IMG/VR virus record: IMGVR_UViG_3300042868_007959
Coordinates: 124,001-188,000 of that record
DNA: 64,000 bases
Reading direction: 5' to 3' (one strand)
Position numbers and translations under genes: made by a program. The notes under the pieces are model-generated. The model was not told where the DNA came from and did not search any database. It saw nothing but the letters and a program-made list of their open reading frames with translations. Positions 1-8,965 of this stretch are shown one piece after another (position 1 is the stretch's first letter; each line of letters starts with the position of its first letter).

Positions 1-883
1 ATAACTCATTAGGACTTTGTTCTTCTTTAATTAGTGCATTAAAAAAAACTTCAGCATCTTTTTCACTTAATTCTTTATCAATACTCTCCATATCGGTAAT
101 TAACTTTTCTTCATCATCTAACCCATCGTTTAATGTATTGTCCCAAACGCTCATATCGTCTTCGTCATCTTCGTCTTCAATTGGATCTACATAGTAAGGT
201 GTAAATGCTAATGCGGAAGGTTCATCTTCAATATCCTCTTTTGTTGGTATGGGTAATTTACCTTCTTCCCTCAATCTATTAACTCTACCCCAAACTTCCT
301 TTTGTATGTCATAATATTTACTTACTACATCGTCACCTACCACCTCTTCCATTTTAGTAGTGGTATCATCTATTGTTTCTTTTATTTCTTTAGTATCGAC
401 TGTATCCTCATTCGTTGAATCTACTTTTTCGTATTTAACAAAAAAGTGTAGTGATGTTAATGATATTATTGGTAATAAACCACCTTCTAAAAATGCCAAC
501 CATCTTTTCATAGAAGGTATGTCTGTTGGATCAGATCCTACCAATTCCCACATAGGACCAGTTAACTCAACCCAAGATTTAAATAGCTCACCATTGGGGT
601 CTATTTCTTTATATGAAAAGAATATATTACCTATCATTTGGATTAATGTCACAATACCAAACATAAACCAAACACCACCCTTAATTTTATTAGTTGCCGC
701 AACTAATGCAGTCATAGCACCAACCTCAATCGCAACTGATAAATAAATTGCCCAATTTAATGGGTTTGCGATATTATACCAAGTAACTACGTGCGAAATA
801 GAAATTGCCGCAACTAGTAAAATCGGTACTAAAAACATTGCCCTATTAGGATTATTTTTAATCCATTCCCAGATTTTTTTCAT
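1..883 (-). CDS. Multi-pass membrane protein with long acidic tail (3' partial; not in ORF track)
   Basis: Hand translation from ATG at 883: MKKIWEWIKNNPNRAMFLVPILLVAAISISHVVTWY...WAIYLSVAIEVGAMTALVAA...VWFMFGIVTLIQMIGNIFF...GGLLPIISLTSLHFFVKY, then D/E-rich. Frame stays open to the window edge. About 4 hydrophobic helices. Confidence 0.85.
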   Translation of the reverse strand, partial: MKKIWEWIKNNPNRAMFLVPILLVAAISISHVVTWYNIANPLNWAIYLSVAIEVGAMTALVAATNKIKGGVWFMFGIVTLIQMIGNIFFSYKEIDPNGELFKSWVELTGPMWELVGSDPTDIPSMKRWLAFLEGGLLPIISLTSLHFFVKYEKVDSTNEDTVDTKEIKETIDDTTTKMEEVVGDDVVSKYYDIQKEVWGRVNRLREEGKLPIPTKEDIEDEPSALAFTPYYVDPIEDEDDEDDMSVWDNTLNDGLDDEEKLITDMESIDKELSEKDAEVFFNALIKEEQSPNEL

Positions 884-908
884 TATAATTGATGTTATTA
901 GTTTACTA

Positions 909-1238
909 TTATTTTTGGAGTTTTTTGATATTTTCCTTTACAACCATGTGTAACTCCATTAACTGTTCACTTCTGTTTTTTTCAGATATATAATCATCAT
1001 ATTCAGAATGTACTTTTAATTTCTCAACTCTGATTACTTCCGAAATATCTTTGATGGTGTCTTTTTGTCCATTAATGACAAAATTTAAACTATCAATAAC
1101 TTTAGAGTTATGTATTTCCTCTTTTTGTAATTTTTTTACTTCACTAGATTTAATACAAGACCTAAAGAAGAAAATAAATAACAATGTTGACAAGATGTGA
1201 ATCTTATACTTTTTCAAAAATTCGATAAAATTTTTCAT
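909..1238 (-). CDS. Membrane-anchored coiled-coil protein (i-spanin-like architecture, unproven)
   Basis: N-terminal hydrophobic IHILSTLLFIFFFRSC, then a helical charged region. ATATTTAT motif 12 nt upstream. Confidence 0.6.
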   Translation of the reverse strand: MKNFIEFLKKYKIHILSTLLFIFFFRSCIKSSEVKKLQKEEIHNSKVIDSLNFVINGQKDTIKDISEVIRVEKLKVHSEYDDYISEKNRSEQLMELHMVVKENIKKLQK

Positions 1239-1285
1239 ACTTTTTTTTTAATAAATATAATATTTTTTACTTTTAAAGTAAATAG

Positions 1286-1310
1286 AAAAAAAATGGGGGA
1301 TAATCCCCCA
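1286..1310 (-). terminator. Intrinsic terminator after sigma gene
   Basis: TGGGGGA-TTA-TCCCCCA hairpin followed by T8 on the minus strand, just past the stop at 1314. Confidence 0.85.
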
Positions 1311-1313
1311 AAT

Positions 1314-2111
1314 TTATATGTTAAATATTCCACCCATATTATTCCTAATTTTTCTGATGGCACCCTCTTTTATTTGTCTGACTCTTTCTTTTGTAAGTCC
1401 TACCTCATCTCCTATCATTTCCAGTGTCATAGGTTCACCATTAATACCGTAATAACAATTAATTATCTCAATCTCTCTAGCGGATAAACCTCTAATTATT
1501 CGATTCATTTCTTTAGCTTTAAGATATTCTTCTTCCTCAGTGAAAATGTCTGGTCTTTTAAAGAAATTATCTTCTAATAGATTAATCATTTCTTCACCAT
1601 CCTCATTAATAGTCATATTATATGATATACAAATAGGTGTAGATATTTGTTCTACTTCATCATTTTGAGGATTTCTTTGGTTTTCTTTTTCAAAAGATTC
1701 TATTTGTTTCTTTATTTTAGATAGTTTATTTATAATATTACCTGGTAATCTAACAGTTCTAGAATTATCATTCAAAGATTGTAATATAGATTGTTTAATC
1801 CACCATATCGCATATGATATAAATCTGAAACCTTTAGTATGATCAAATCTTTTTGCTGCCGTAATTAATCCATAATTACCTTCAGAAATTAAATCTGCAA
1901 TTGGTAATCCTTGATTTTGGTATTCCTTAGCCACTTTAATAACAAATCTTAAATTTGCCTTAACTAATTGGTTTAGGGCATTTTGATCCCCATCTTTAAT
2001 TCTCTTTGCTAAACTAACTTCCTCATCTATTGTTAAGATATCTGTTTTTCTAACGTCTTTTAGGTATAGGTTTAATGAATCTTCTGTTAAGTCAATATAT
2101 TTATTTGTCAT
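1314..2111 (-). CDS. rpoD: RNA polymerase sigma-70 factor, RpoD/SigA family, Bacteroidota-like (no region 1.1)
   Basis: LYLKDV, LVKANLRFV, DLISEGNYGL, RFDHTKGFRFISYAIWWIKQSI, RTVRLP, and region 4 TLEMIG..GLTKERVRQIKE. Confidence 0.93.
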   Translation of the reverse strand: MTNKYIDLTEDSLNLYLKDVRKTDILTIDEEVSLAKRIKDGDQNALNQLVKANLRFVIKVAKEYQNQGLPIADLISEGNYGLITAAKRFDHTKGFRFISYAIWWIKQSILQSLNDNSRTVRLPGNIINKLSKIKKQIESFEKENQRNPQNDEVEQISTPICISYNMTINEDGEEMINLLEDNFFKRPDIFTEEEEYLKAKEMNRIIRGLSAREIEIINCYYGINGEPMTLEMIGDEVGLTKERVRQIKEGAIRKIRNNMGGIFNI

Positions 2112-2134
2112 AAGTAAACTTTGTTTTTTATTTG

Positions 2135-2602
2135 TTATTTATTTTTTATTTGATCCCTTAATTTTGCGGCAGTTTCGTAATCTTCTTTATCCAATGCTTC
2201 TTTTAATTCTTCTTCTATACTTTTTTCAGTAAAACCTTTAAAACCATAATCTGTAATCTCATCAAAAATCCCATTCTTAATGTTTTTTAAAGTCTCTTGT
2301 ATTTGTTCAAAGGGTAGTATATTAAGTTGTTTACCAAATAACGCCTCCTCAAAACTCTTATCTTCTAAATTCGCTGCGTAAAACCCAGGTGTCATCTCAA
2401 ATACAATATACGATTTCTTACCCATATCTAGTAACTCTTTTATCTCTAATAGATTGAAGCTACTTTTAAATGTGGCAATTATTAATCCTGATCCACTAAC
2501 AAAATTAACATTAGTTTCTGAAATAATAGTTAAATCCTCCTTTAACTCCTCTATACTATTGAGTCCTACAACACAATAAGTTTTTAAAAAATTTCTTTCC
2601 AT
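2135..2602 (-). CDS. Protein with C-terminal UVR (UvrB/UvrC) coiled-coil motif
   Basis: EEELKEALDKEDYETAAKLRDQIK. ATG at 2602 preferred over the TTG at 2626. Confidence 0.75.
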   Translation of the reverse strand: MERNFLKTYCVVGLNSIEELKEDLTIISETNVNFVSGSGLIIATFKSSFNLLEIKELLDMGKKSYIVFEMTPGFYAANLEDKSFEEALFGKQLNILPFEQIQETLKNIKNGIFDEITDYGFKGFTEKSIEEELKEALDKEDYETAAKLRDQIKNK

Positions 2603-2652
2603 ATCTACAACATTAAATATCAACAAAAATCATACACATTATTTTATAGTGA

Positions 2653-2683
2653 CAAATATAACAATTTCTATTTGATTTGCAAA
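2653..2683 (-). promoter_or_regulatory. Bacteroidota-type promoter (-33 TTTG / -7 TATATTTG)
   Basis: Minus strand TTTG-19 nt-TATATTTG upstream of the UVR and sigma genes. Confidence 0.7.
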
Positions 2684-5040
2684 GTAGAAATGTCATTTAT
2701 TTTTTCTACTGTAACAATTTTGTCAGCCCAGTCCTGAACTATGGGGTTATGACTGATTAATAAAATAGTGTCATACATCTTTTTAATCTTATCAAAAAAT
2801 ATTTTAACTAAATCCAAATTAGTATTTGCTACTTTACCTAGTACTTCATCAAACACTATCACATTTGGTTTTGGTAATGTGGATATCCTACCTAAAACTG
2901 ACCTCAGAGCTAAGGATGCTAAAGTAGTTTCTAAACCAGATCCTGTTCTTAATTTTTTAATGACATCATTTTTTATTAAAAGAAAATCTACTTCATTTTT
3001 ATCATTTATTTCTAACTGAACCTCAAAATCACAAACTTCATCTAATAATCTAGTTAATTCATAGTTGATAATTGGTATTACTGAGGATAAGACTAATTTC
3101 GATATCCCATTTTTACCTATCATTTTTGAGTACACCTCAAATATTTTAAGAACATCCTCTTCTTTTTTTATTTGACTGATTATGTTTTTATTTTCCTCAA
3201 TAGTATTATTTTTTAAAGATATATCATTCTCTAAAGATTGTATTTTATTTTTAGAATTATCTTTTTCCGCTTCTAAAGTCTCTATTAATTGATTATAACC
3301 TAATATCGTACTTTCTAATTTTCTATTCTCCTCAATAAAAGTAGAGTTCTTTTCATAATCTTTTAATAGATTATTTTTTTCTTTATAATCTACTCTCATT
3401 TTATCTATTTCGATGTCTGTTTTATCTTTAGACATACTTAATCTATCATATAAATCTGAATTCTTCTTCTCTTCAGAAATATCAGTTAAATTACTTTGGA
3501 TTTTTTTTAGGGACGTACTACTTTTTTCTAAATCTATTTTTATACCTTCTAAAATTTTTTCATTTTCTTTAATTTCAGAAGTGTGATCAACATCCTCCAA
3601 AGATCTTTTACAGGTTGGGCATATCTCACCTTCTTTTAAATTTAATATAGTTTTTTCAAGATTTTTAATTTCTATCTCTATATTATTTTTTTCTAACATT
3701 AATTTTTTCTCTTCATCTCTTAGATTATCATGTGTTTGTTCATCATAAGAAAATTTAGGTAATTCTTTAATACTTTCTTTTATCTCATCTAATTTTTTAT
3801 TGAGTAGTGTACCAGTATTAGTTAACTTCTCCAGTTCTATTTTTAATGTATCAGGGTTAACTTTAATTATATCATCGTCAATAATATACCTTTTACCTAA
3901 TAACTCTTCTTTTTTAGTGACTGACTCTTTAATTTTATCTAATGTCTTTGTTAAAGAATTTTGACTTTCTTTTATTTCTATTCTACTCTCACCAATTATT
4001 CTATTAAATTCTTCATTATCAATTTCTAATTGTTTAGTATTATATAAGTTAGATTTCATCTTACTTTTAAATTCGGACATTAAAGTTTTATTAATATCTT
4101 CTTTTTTCTCAATAATTTCTAAACCAATAAATTTAGTTAATAATCTACCTCTTTGTGTGGGTTTAGTTTCTATTAAATCCTCCAAATTTTTTGAGGTTGC
4201 AACTATAGTCAACATAAAGTCATCATAAGAACCTATAGTTTCTACAATTAATTTATCAGTTTCTCTCCTTTGTTCACCCTCTAAATTTTCTTTAGTACCA
4301 TCAGATAATATCTTATAGAAATCAAGTGTTGACGCAACTTTATATTCACCACTTTTAGATAACTTTCTACTTAATCCCCTTTCGATAATATACTCATCCC
4401 CGTCAATTTCAATATGTCCACCAACAGTTACGTTATCCTCTTCACTAAACGTATTAAATATCTCAGAGGTTACTTCTGTCTTAGTAGTTTTCCCAAAAAA
4501 TAAAAATAATAAAGAATCTATTGTAAAAATAGTCTTACCTCCTTGATTTGATGGTATTGAATTGACTACAGTTAACCCGTTTAAACTTTTATAAGTAATT
4601 TCGTTGTTTCTACCAAAAGATAAAAAATTATCTAACCATATTTTTTTAATACTCCATCTTCTATATCTTACATCTTCTTCTTCGCTATTAACTAATACCT
4701 CATTTACTTTATCATCTAACCTACATAACCTATCATATTCAATATTTACCTCATTTAACTTTAACCATTCAACAAATAAAGTTCTCTGATAGGCGGTATC
4801 CATTATATTATCTATTAACCCATCTGTTATGTCAATAACTTTACCTGCAGTATTTTTGAAAATAGGGATAAAATTAATTTTTATTAACCCTTTAGGGATA
4901 TTATATTTTTCAGAAAAATATGTTTTAACAGTATTAACTGTTTCCAATGTTCTTTCTTCTGGATAACCTTTCCAGTCTATCCTTATTTGTGCCTTTTCAG
5001 GTAAGATTATTTTATTTTGAGTATCTGCTATTGTATTCAT
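2668..5040 (-). CDS. sbcC: SbcC/Rad50/gp46-like SMC ATPase with about 125-aa N-terminal extension
   Basis: LDNFLSFG, Walker A SNQGGKT, zinc hook CPTC in coiled coil, signature SGLE, Walker B VIVFDEV, H-loop LISH. Confidence 0.92.
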   Translation of the reverse strand: MNTIADTQNKIILPEKAQIRIDWKGYPEERTLETVNTVKTYFSEKYNIPKGLIKINFIPIFKNTAGKVIDITDGLIDNIMDTAYQRTLFVEWLKLNEVNIEYDRLCRLDDKVNEVLVNSEEEDVRYRRWSIKKIWLDNFLSFGRNNEITYKSLNGLTVVNSIPSNQGGKTIFTIDSLLFLFFGKTTKTEVTSEIFNTFSEEDNVTVGGHIEIDGDEYIIERGLSRKLSKSGEYKVASTLDFYKILSDGTKENLEGEQRRETDKLIVETIGSYDDFMLTIVATSKNLEDLIETKPTQRGRLLTKFIGLEIIEKKEDINKTLMSEFKSKMKSNLYNTKQLEIDNEEFNRIIGESRIEIKESQNSLTKTLDKIKESVTKKEELLGKRYIIDDDIIKVNPDTLKIELEKLTNTGTLLNKKLDEIKESIKELPKFSYDEQTHDNLRDEEKKLMLEKNNIEIEIKNLEKTILNLKEGEICPTCKRSLEDVDHTSEIKENEKILEGIKIDLEKSSTSLKKIQSNLTDISEEKKNSDLYDRLSMSKDKTDIEIDKMRVDYKEKNNLLKDYEKNSTFIEENRKLESTILGYNQLIETLEAEKDNSKNKIQSLENDISLKNNTIEENKNIISQIKKEEDVLKIFEVYSKMIGKNGISKLVLSSVIPIINYELTRLLDEVCDFEVQLEINDKNEVDFLLIKNDVIKKLRTGSGLETTLASLALRSVLGRISTLPKPNVIVFDEVLGKVANTNLDLVKIFFDKIKKMYDTILLISHNPIVQDWADKIVTVEKINDISTLQIK

Positions 5041-5041
5041 A

Positions 5042-5557
5042 TTATTTATTTAATAAATTTGATCCATATAAACCACCTTTACGTTCATCACCGTAAATGT
5101 CATCTTTTTTATTTTGATTTTTCTTTTCTTCTTCTATAGATTTTTTTACTATATCTAACTCTTTATCTTTTTTAGATAGTTCATGTTGGAAATTATTTTC
5201 CATTTCTTTGGTTTTAGTGGAAAAAATTTGTCTTTCTTCCTCTATTTTTAGTTTTAACTGGAAAATATTTTCTTCCAGTCCACCAATCTTCTCAACAAGT
5301 TTGTCTTCACTATCTTTGTCAGAAATATATTCTATTTTTGTGACAATCTTTTCAACAGGTATTTCTTTTTCGATAATTACTTCCTTTATAACCTCAACAA
5401 TTTTTTCTACTTCCATACCACCCATTGGGGTAGACCCGTATTTTTCAGCAGTAAACCCTTGTCTTATCATTCTTAAAATGAAATCATCTACATTAGATAT
5501 ATTGTTAATTCTACAATATTCCCATAGTTCGTCTTTTATTTTTTTAGGAACGTCCAT
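5042..5557 (-). CDS. Hypothetical protein with VEKIV-type low-complexity repeats and coiled coil
   Basis: Tightly packed between sbcD and sbcC. EVEKIVEVIKEVIIEKEIPVEKIV segment. Confidence 0.75.
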   Translation of the reverse strand: MDVPKKIKDELWEYCRINNISNVDDFILRMIRQGFTAEKYGSTPMGGMEVEKIVEVIKEVIIEKEIPVEKIVTKIEYISDKDSEDKLVEKIGGLEENIFQLKLKIEEERQIFSTKTKEMENNFQHELSKKDKELDIVKKSIEEEKKNQNKKDDIYGDERKGGLYGSNLLNK

Positions 5558-6375
5558 TAAAAATTTGTTAAATATTCTCTTTCGTTTTCAATATCCTCCA
5601 AAGAATTTATTCTAAAAACATAATAACCGTAATCAGATTTAATATTATGTTCTGTATATGTTAAATCATCGACATTCCAAACTAAATAACCATGATTGTC
5701 TACTCGTTCACCAAAATCTTGTTGTATTAAACTACCACAATAGGCTATATTAATACCTTTATATTTAAAATTTTGTCTATGGTGTATATCACCCATTAGA
5801 ACTGCATCACATCCATCGAATTGGGATAAATCTGTACTATCCTCAAACTCAAAACCAATAGATGTGATTGCACCTGTTACGGGTGCATGATATAATCCTA
5901 TATATTTTTTATTGTTACCCAATTTTTCTCTACTTTCTTTTATATCAGGTTTCTTATTCTCCTCAAAAATAGAATAAACACACCAAACTATATTGTCATC
6001 TTCATAACATAAACTATCTTTGTAGTAACTAACTTTATCATTATTAATCGCATTGACTATCGGTGTAATACTATCTAATCTATCTTTATTATTTTCTAAA
6101 AGATCGTGATTACCTGCGATAATAACCACAGGACATATTTTACTACATTGATTGAAAAACCAAGTTATCAATGCAAATAATTCATTTGATATTGTAATTT
6201 TTTGGTGTACAATATCTCCAGCAATTACAATTCTACCCTCATCATAATTTAATTTGTTTTCATCAAAGTAATCTGAAACATCTTTTAAGAATCTTTTACA
6301 TACTTCTTCTGATTCTTCTAATCTTTTATACGTCCTGAAATGTAAATCGGCGCAGTGGAATAATTTTTTTATCAT
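5557..6375 (-). CDS. sbcD: SbcD/Mre11/gp47-like metallophosphoesterase nuclease (short)
   Basis: ADLH, AGDIVH, AGNHD, YH, MGDIH, YCGSLIQQDFGE motifs. Confidence 0.92.
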   Translation of the reverse strand: MIKKLFHCADLHFRTYKRLEESEEVCKRFLKDVSDYFDENKLNYDEGRIVIAGDIVHQKITISNELFALITWFFNQCSKICPVVIIAGNHDLLENNKDRLDSITPIVNAINNDKVSYYKDSLCYEDDNIVWCVYSIFEENKKPDIKESREKLGNNKKYIGLYHAPVTGAITSIGFEFEDSTDLSQFDGCDAVLMGDIHHRQNFKYKGINIAYCGSLIQQDFGERVDNHGYLVWNVDDLTYTEHNIKSDYGYYVFRINSLEDIENEREYLTNF

Positions 6376-6379
6376 TTTA

Positions 6380-6410
6380 CAAATATAACAATTTTATTTA
6401 TTAATACAAA
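6380..6410 (-). promoter_or_regulatory. Bacteroidota-type promoter for sbcD operon
   Basis: TTTG-19 nt-TATATTTG ending 4 nt before the ATG, so the mRNA is nearly leaderless. Confidence 0.7.
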
Positions 6411-6413
6411 ATA

Positions 6414-7328
6414 TTACGAGAAAAACAATTCTTTTTGTGTTCTCAACATATGAAACATCTCATCAACATAATTAGAATAATCTTCACATTTAATAATTTC
6501 ATAGTTAGGGTTTTCTTCGTTATACCAAACTAAATAACAACCACCAAATCTTAGATTTGTATTCTTTTCTATTATTTTTTTATAGACATTTAACTGTAAC
6601 GAATACGTATTAAATTCACATTCATCTAATTCAGATAAACAATATTTCATTTTATTACCAAATTCATTAAACATTTTCAATAAGGTATTAGTTTTCCAAT
6701 CCCATATCTGAAGACACTGGTGTTTAACATTCCAAAAAATTTGATCTATCATCCCACATAATAATAACTCTTCATCACCAACAACTAATTCAGATTTAAC
6801 AGGTATTAATTTACCTTGTGCGATTGTATCATTATAAAAGTTATGAAAATAACCTTTCATTACATTATACGTAGACTCAATTTCCTCAAACATTAAACCT
6901 TCAGGACTTATTTTAGGTTCAGGTTTAATCTTATTACTTATATAGTTCTCAATGTAGTCGTGTAAAGTAGAACCCTCATAGGTTGCGTGAATATTCTTAT
7001 ATCTCCACTCTGATTTTATTTGTTCTTCTGTAATCCATTCATTAATCGGTTTAGGTTTTGAGTAGTCAGGTCTACCATACTTATCCGATTCCATTGGGTG
7101 GAAGTTTTGTTTGTGAGCATATCTATCAGCCATACTATTGGCTTTATATATATGTCCCTGTTTTTCTGCCCATCTATCGGGTTTTAAAATCCCATCTTCA
7201 AACTCATGCCCAAATTTATGGATTAACCCAGTACAGGATATTGATTTAACACCGTCAATATAATAAGTGTGTGGTTCATCATAATATTTTATATTATTAA
7301 AAACCGATAACTCTTTTAAAATTTGCAT
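6414..7328 (-). CDS. PD-(D/E)XK exonuclease
   Basis: HTYY..G...SCT, GSTLHDYIE, SELVV, CGMIDQIF, IWDWKT, YSLQLNVY. Confidence 0.85.
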   Translation of the reverse strand: MQILKELSVFNNIKYYDEPHTYYIDGVKSISCTGLIHKFGHEFEDGILKPDRWAEKQGHIYKANSMADRYAHKQNFHPMESDKYGRPDYSKPKPINEWITEEQIKSEWRYKNIHATYEGSTLHDYIENYISNKIKPEPKISPEGLMFEEIESTYNVMKGYFHNFYNDTIAQGKLIPVKSELVVGDEELLLCGMIDQIFWNVKHQCLQIWDWKTNTLLKMFNEFGNKMKYCLSELDECEFNTYSLQLNVYKKIIEKNTNLRFGGCYLVWYNEENPNYEIIKCEDYSNYVDEMFHMLRTQKELFFS

Positions 7329-7336
7329 ATATAAGT

Positions 7337-7344
7337 ATATTTAT
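7337..7344 (+). promoter_or_regulatory. Putative late promoter motif ATATTTAT
   Basis: Same 8-mer found upstream of minus-strand virion genes; here on + before the three-gene + cassette. Confidence 0.55.
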
Positions 7345-7350
7345 AATTAA

Positions 7351-7382
7351 TAATAATAGTAATTTTTTACTTAAAAAACAAA
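7351..7382 (-). promoter_or_regulatory. Variant host-type promoter (TTTG-20 nt-TATTATTA)
   Basis: Upstream of the nuclease ATG at 7328. The -7 box is degenerate; the same variant occurs at 59388-59395. Confidence 0.45.
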
Positions 7383-7384
7383 TT

Positions 7385-7816
7385 ATGAATAAAAAAATAT
7401 TATACAGATTAATTTTACTTCTTAATGATTCATTTGGAGAATATTCCGTAGATGAATATTATAGTGATAGACATACTTATATGACAGTTTCCGAATTCAT
7501 ACAAAATGATTTAGGTTTTAGTGACTCAGATGAAGTAGATTTTATTTACGCATCTTTTTATGAGACATTAAAAAAATTAAATGGAGATTTATCAAATTTT
7601 AGTGAAAACGATGTAGTATTACCAATAAAATATGAATTTCGTGGTGAAAGAAGTTATTTTGCCACAGTCCGATATAACGAAAGTTTCTATTATGACACAT
7701 ACCTACCAGTTATATTAGAATATATGATAGATGAATATATGATAAATGAAGACAATGTTGAAACAGATATTAGAGATACTTGGGATCATGAAACAGAAAT
7801 AGTAAAAGTAAAATAA
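7385..7816 (+). CDS. Hypothetical acidic protein
   Basis: 143-aa ORF; stop overlaps the next start (TAATG). Confidence 0.75.
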   Translation: MNKKILYRLILLLNDSFGEYSVDEYYSDRHTYMTVSEFIQNDLGFSDSDEVDFIYASFYETLKKLNGDLSNFSENDVVLPIKYEFRGERSYFATVRYNESFYYDTYLPVILEYMIDEYMINEDNVETDIRDTWDHETEIVKVK

Positions 7817-8385
7817 TGAACAAATTAATTAAGAGGATTTTAAAAGAAGAGTTTGAGGTTATAAGTCAATACGAAGAAACTGATTTTTTATCACCTGAAG
7901 AAGAGGATTCTTTACCAACTGTTATTTTGGTTGGTGGGTTAGATACTGGAGGTTATAAAAATATTACACTACAAAAAAGTTTATTACAAAAAGGTTTGGG
8001 TTCAAATTTTAAAGTAATTGCACATAGATGGACTGAGAAAGAAAACGCAAAAAATTCTATTTTAACTTACCCTAACTCATATGTAGTATTATTCAGTAAG
8101 GGTGGGGAATATTCAGAAAGTTTCGCATCCTTTTTAAAAAATAGTGGTGGTTATTTAAGTAGAATGTATATTGTAGAACCTTATAGTTGCAGTAGTGGTA
8201 CTAAAAATTCTGTTGATGGTGCAGTATCTAGAGGTGTACCAAAAAGAAATGTTTTAGGTGGGGGTAGTGACTGCACAGGTAAAAATGTTGCGGGAACTAG
8301 AACTACTTGTGGTAGTAAAAAAGGTAATGAAGTTCATTGGTGTGCGTTGACTGAGGCAGGTGAAATAATATCGTATGGTAGATAA
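7816..8385 (+). CDS. Putative small alpha/beta-hydrolase with LIKRILKE leader
   Basis: VILVGGL, nucleophile-elbow-like VVLFSKGG, YIVEP, C-terminal His (EVHW). Confidence 0.55.
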   Translation: MNKLIKRILKEEFEVISQYEETDFLSPEEEDSLPTVILVGGLDTGGYKNITLQKSLLQKGLGSNFKVIAHRWTEKENAKNSILTYPNSYVVLFSKGGEYSESFASFLKNSGGYLSRMYIVEPYSCSSGTKNSVDGAVSRGVPKRNVLGGGSDCTGKNVAGTRTTCGSKKGNEVHWCALTEAGEIISYGR

Positions 8386-8389
8386 AAAT

Positions 8390-8965
8390 ATGAAAAATTT
8401 AATTAGAAAAATACTTAAAGAAGATATACCGATATATAAGGAAAATAATCCTTATAAAAGGATGTATGATAAATTAAGGACTTATTATAACTCTACACCC
8501 GAATATGTATTAAAAGATATTTTCTATAATAATTTATTACCAAACTCAATGGAGGACATTAAAAAAAATTATTATGGGGATCCTATCTTATTTTTATCTA
8601 GATTCGATGGGGGTTACTGGGATAGGTTTCTAAAAGGTTCTTGGAAATTAGAAATATTAAATGTAAATCCAGAAGACTTTGATGAAAATACTATTAATGC
8701 ATTTTTAGAAAGGGATTTTGGTAATATAGACTCATATTTAGTACCAAAAGATGAAGAAAGAATGTCCACACAAAAACAGTTAGCCAAATCTACTGGTACA
8801 AATGAACCTATTATTGTTCTGAAAAATCCTAATGGTAAATATGAACTTATCGAAGGATGGCATCGAACTATGTCAATATTATTATTAGGTGATAATGGGG
8901 AAGATTTGAAGAATTGGGATAAAGTAAAAATTAGAGCTTTTGTAAAAGATTTAAAAAAATATTAA
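8390..8965 (+). CDS. ParB/Srx-like domain protein with LIRKILKE leader
   Basis: EPIIVLKNPNGKYELIEGWHR matches the ParB-N P-I-I-V...[DE]GxHR motif. ATG at 8390 preferred over 8375. Confidence 0.7.
   Translation: MKNLIRKILKEDIPIYKENNPYKRMYDKLRTYYNSTPEYVLKDIFYNNLLPNSMEDIKKNYYGDPILFLSRFDGGYWDRFLKGSWKLEILNVNPEDFDENTINAFLERDFGNIDSYLVPKDEERMSTQKQLAKSTGTNEPIIVLKNPNGKYELIEGWHRTMSILLLGDNGEDLKNWDKVKIRAFVKDLKKY

Noticed and set aside
6414-7328. Cas4 / CRISPR-associated nuclease
   Set aside because: No four-Cys Fe-S arrangement is evident and there are no cas genes or array. It is a generic phage PD-(D/E)XK nuclease.
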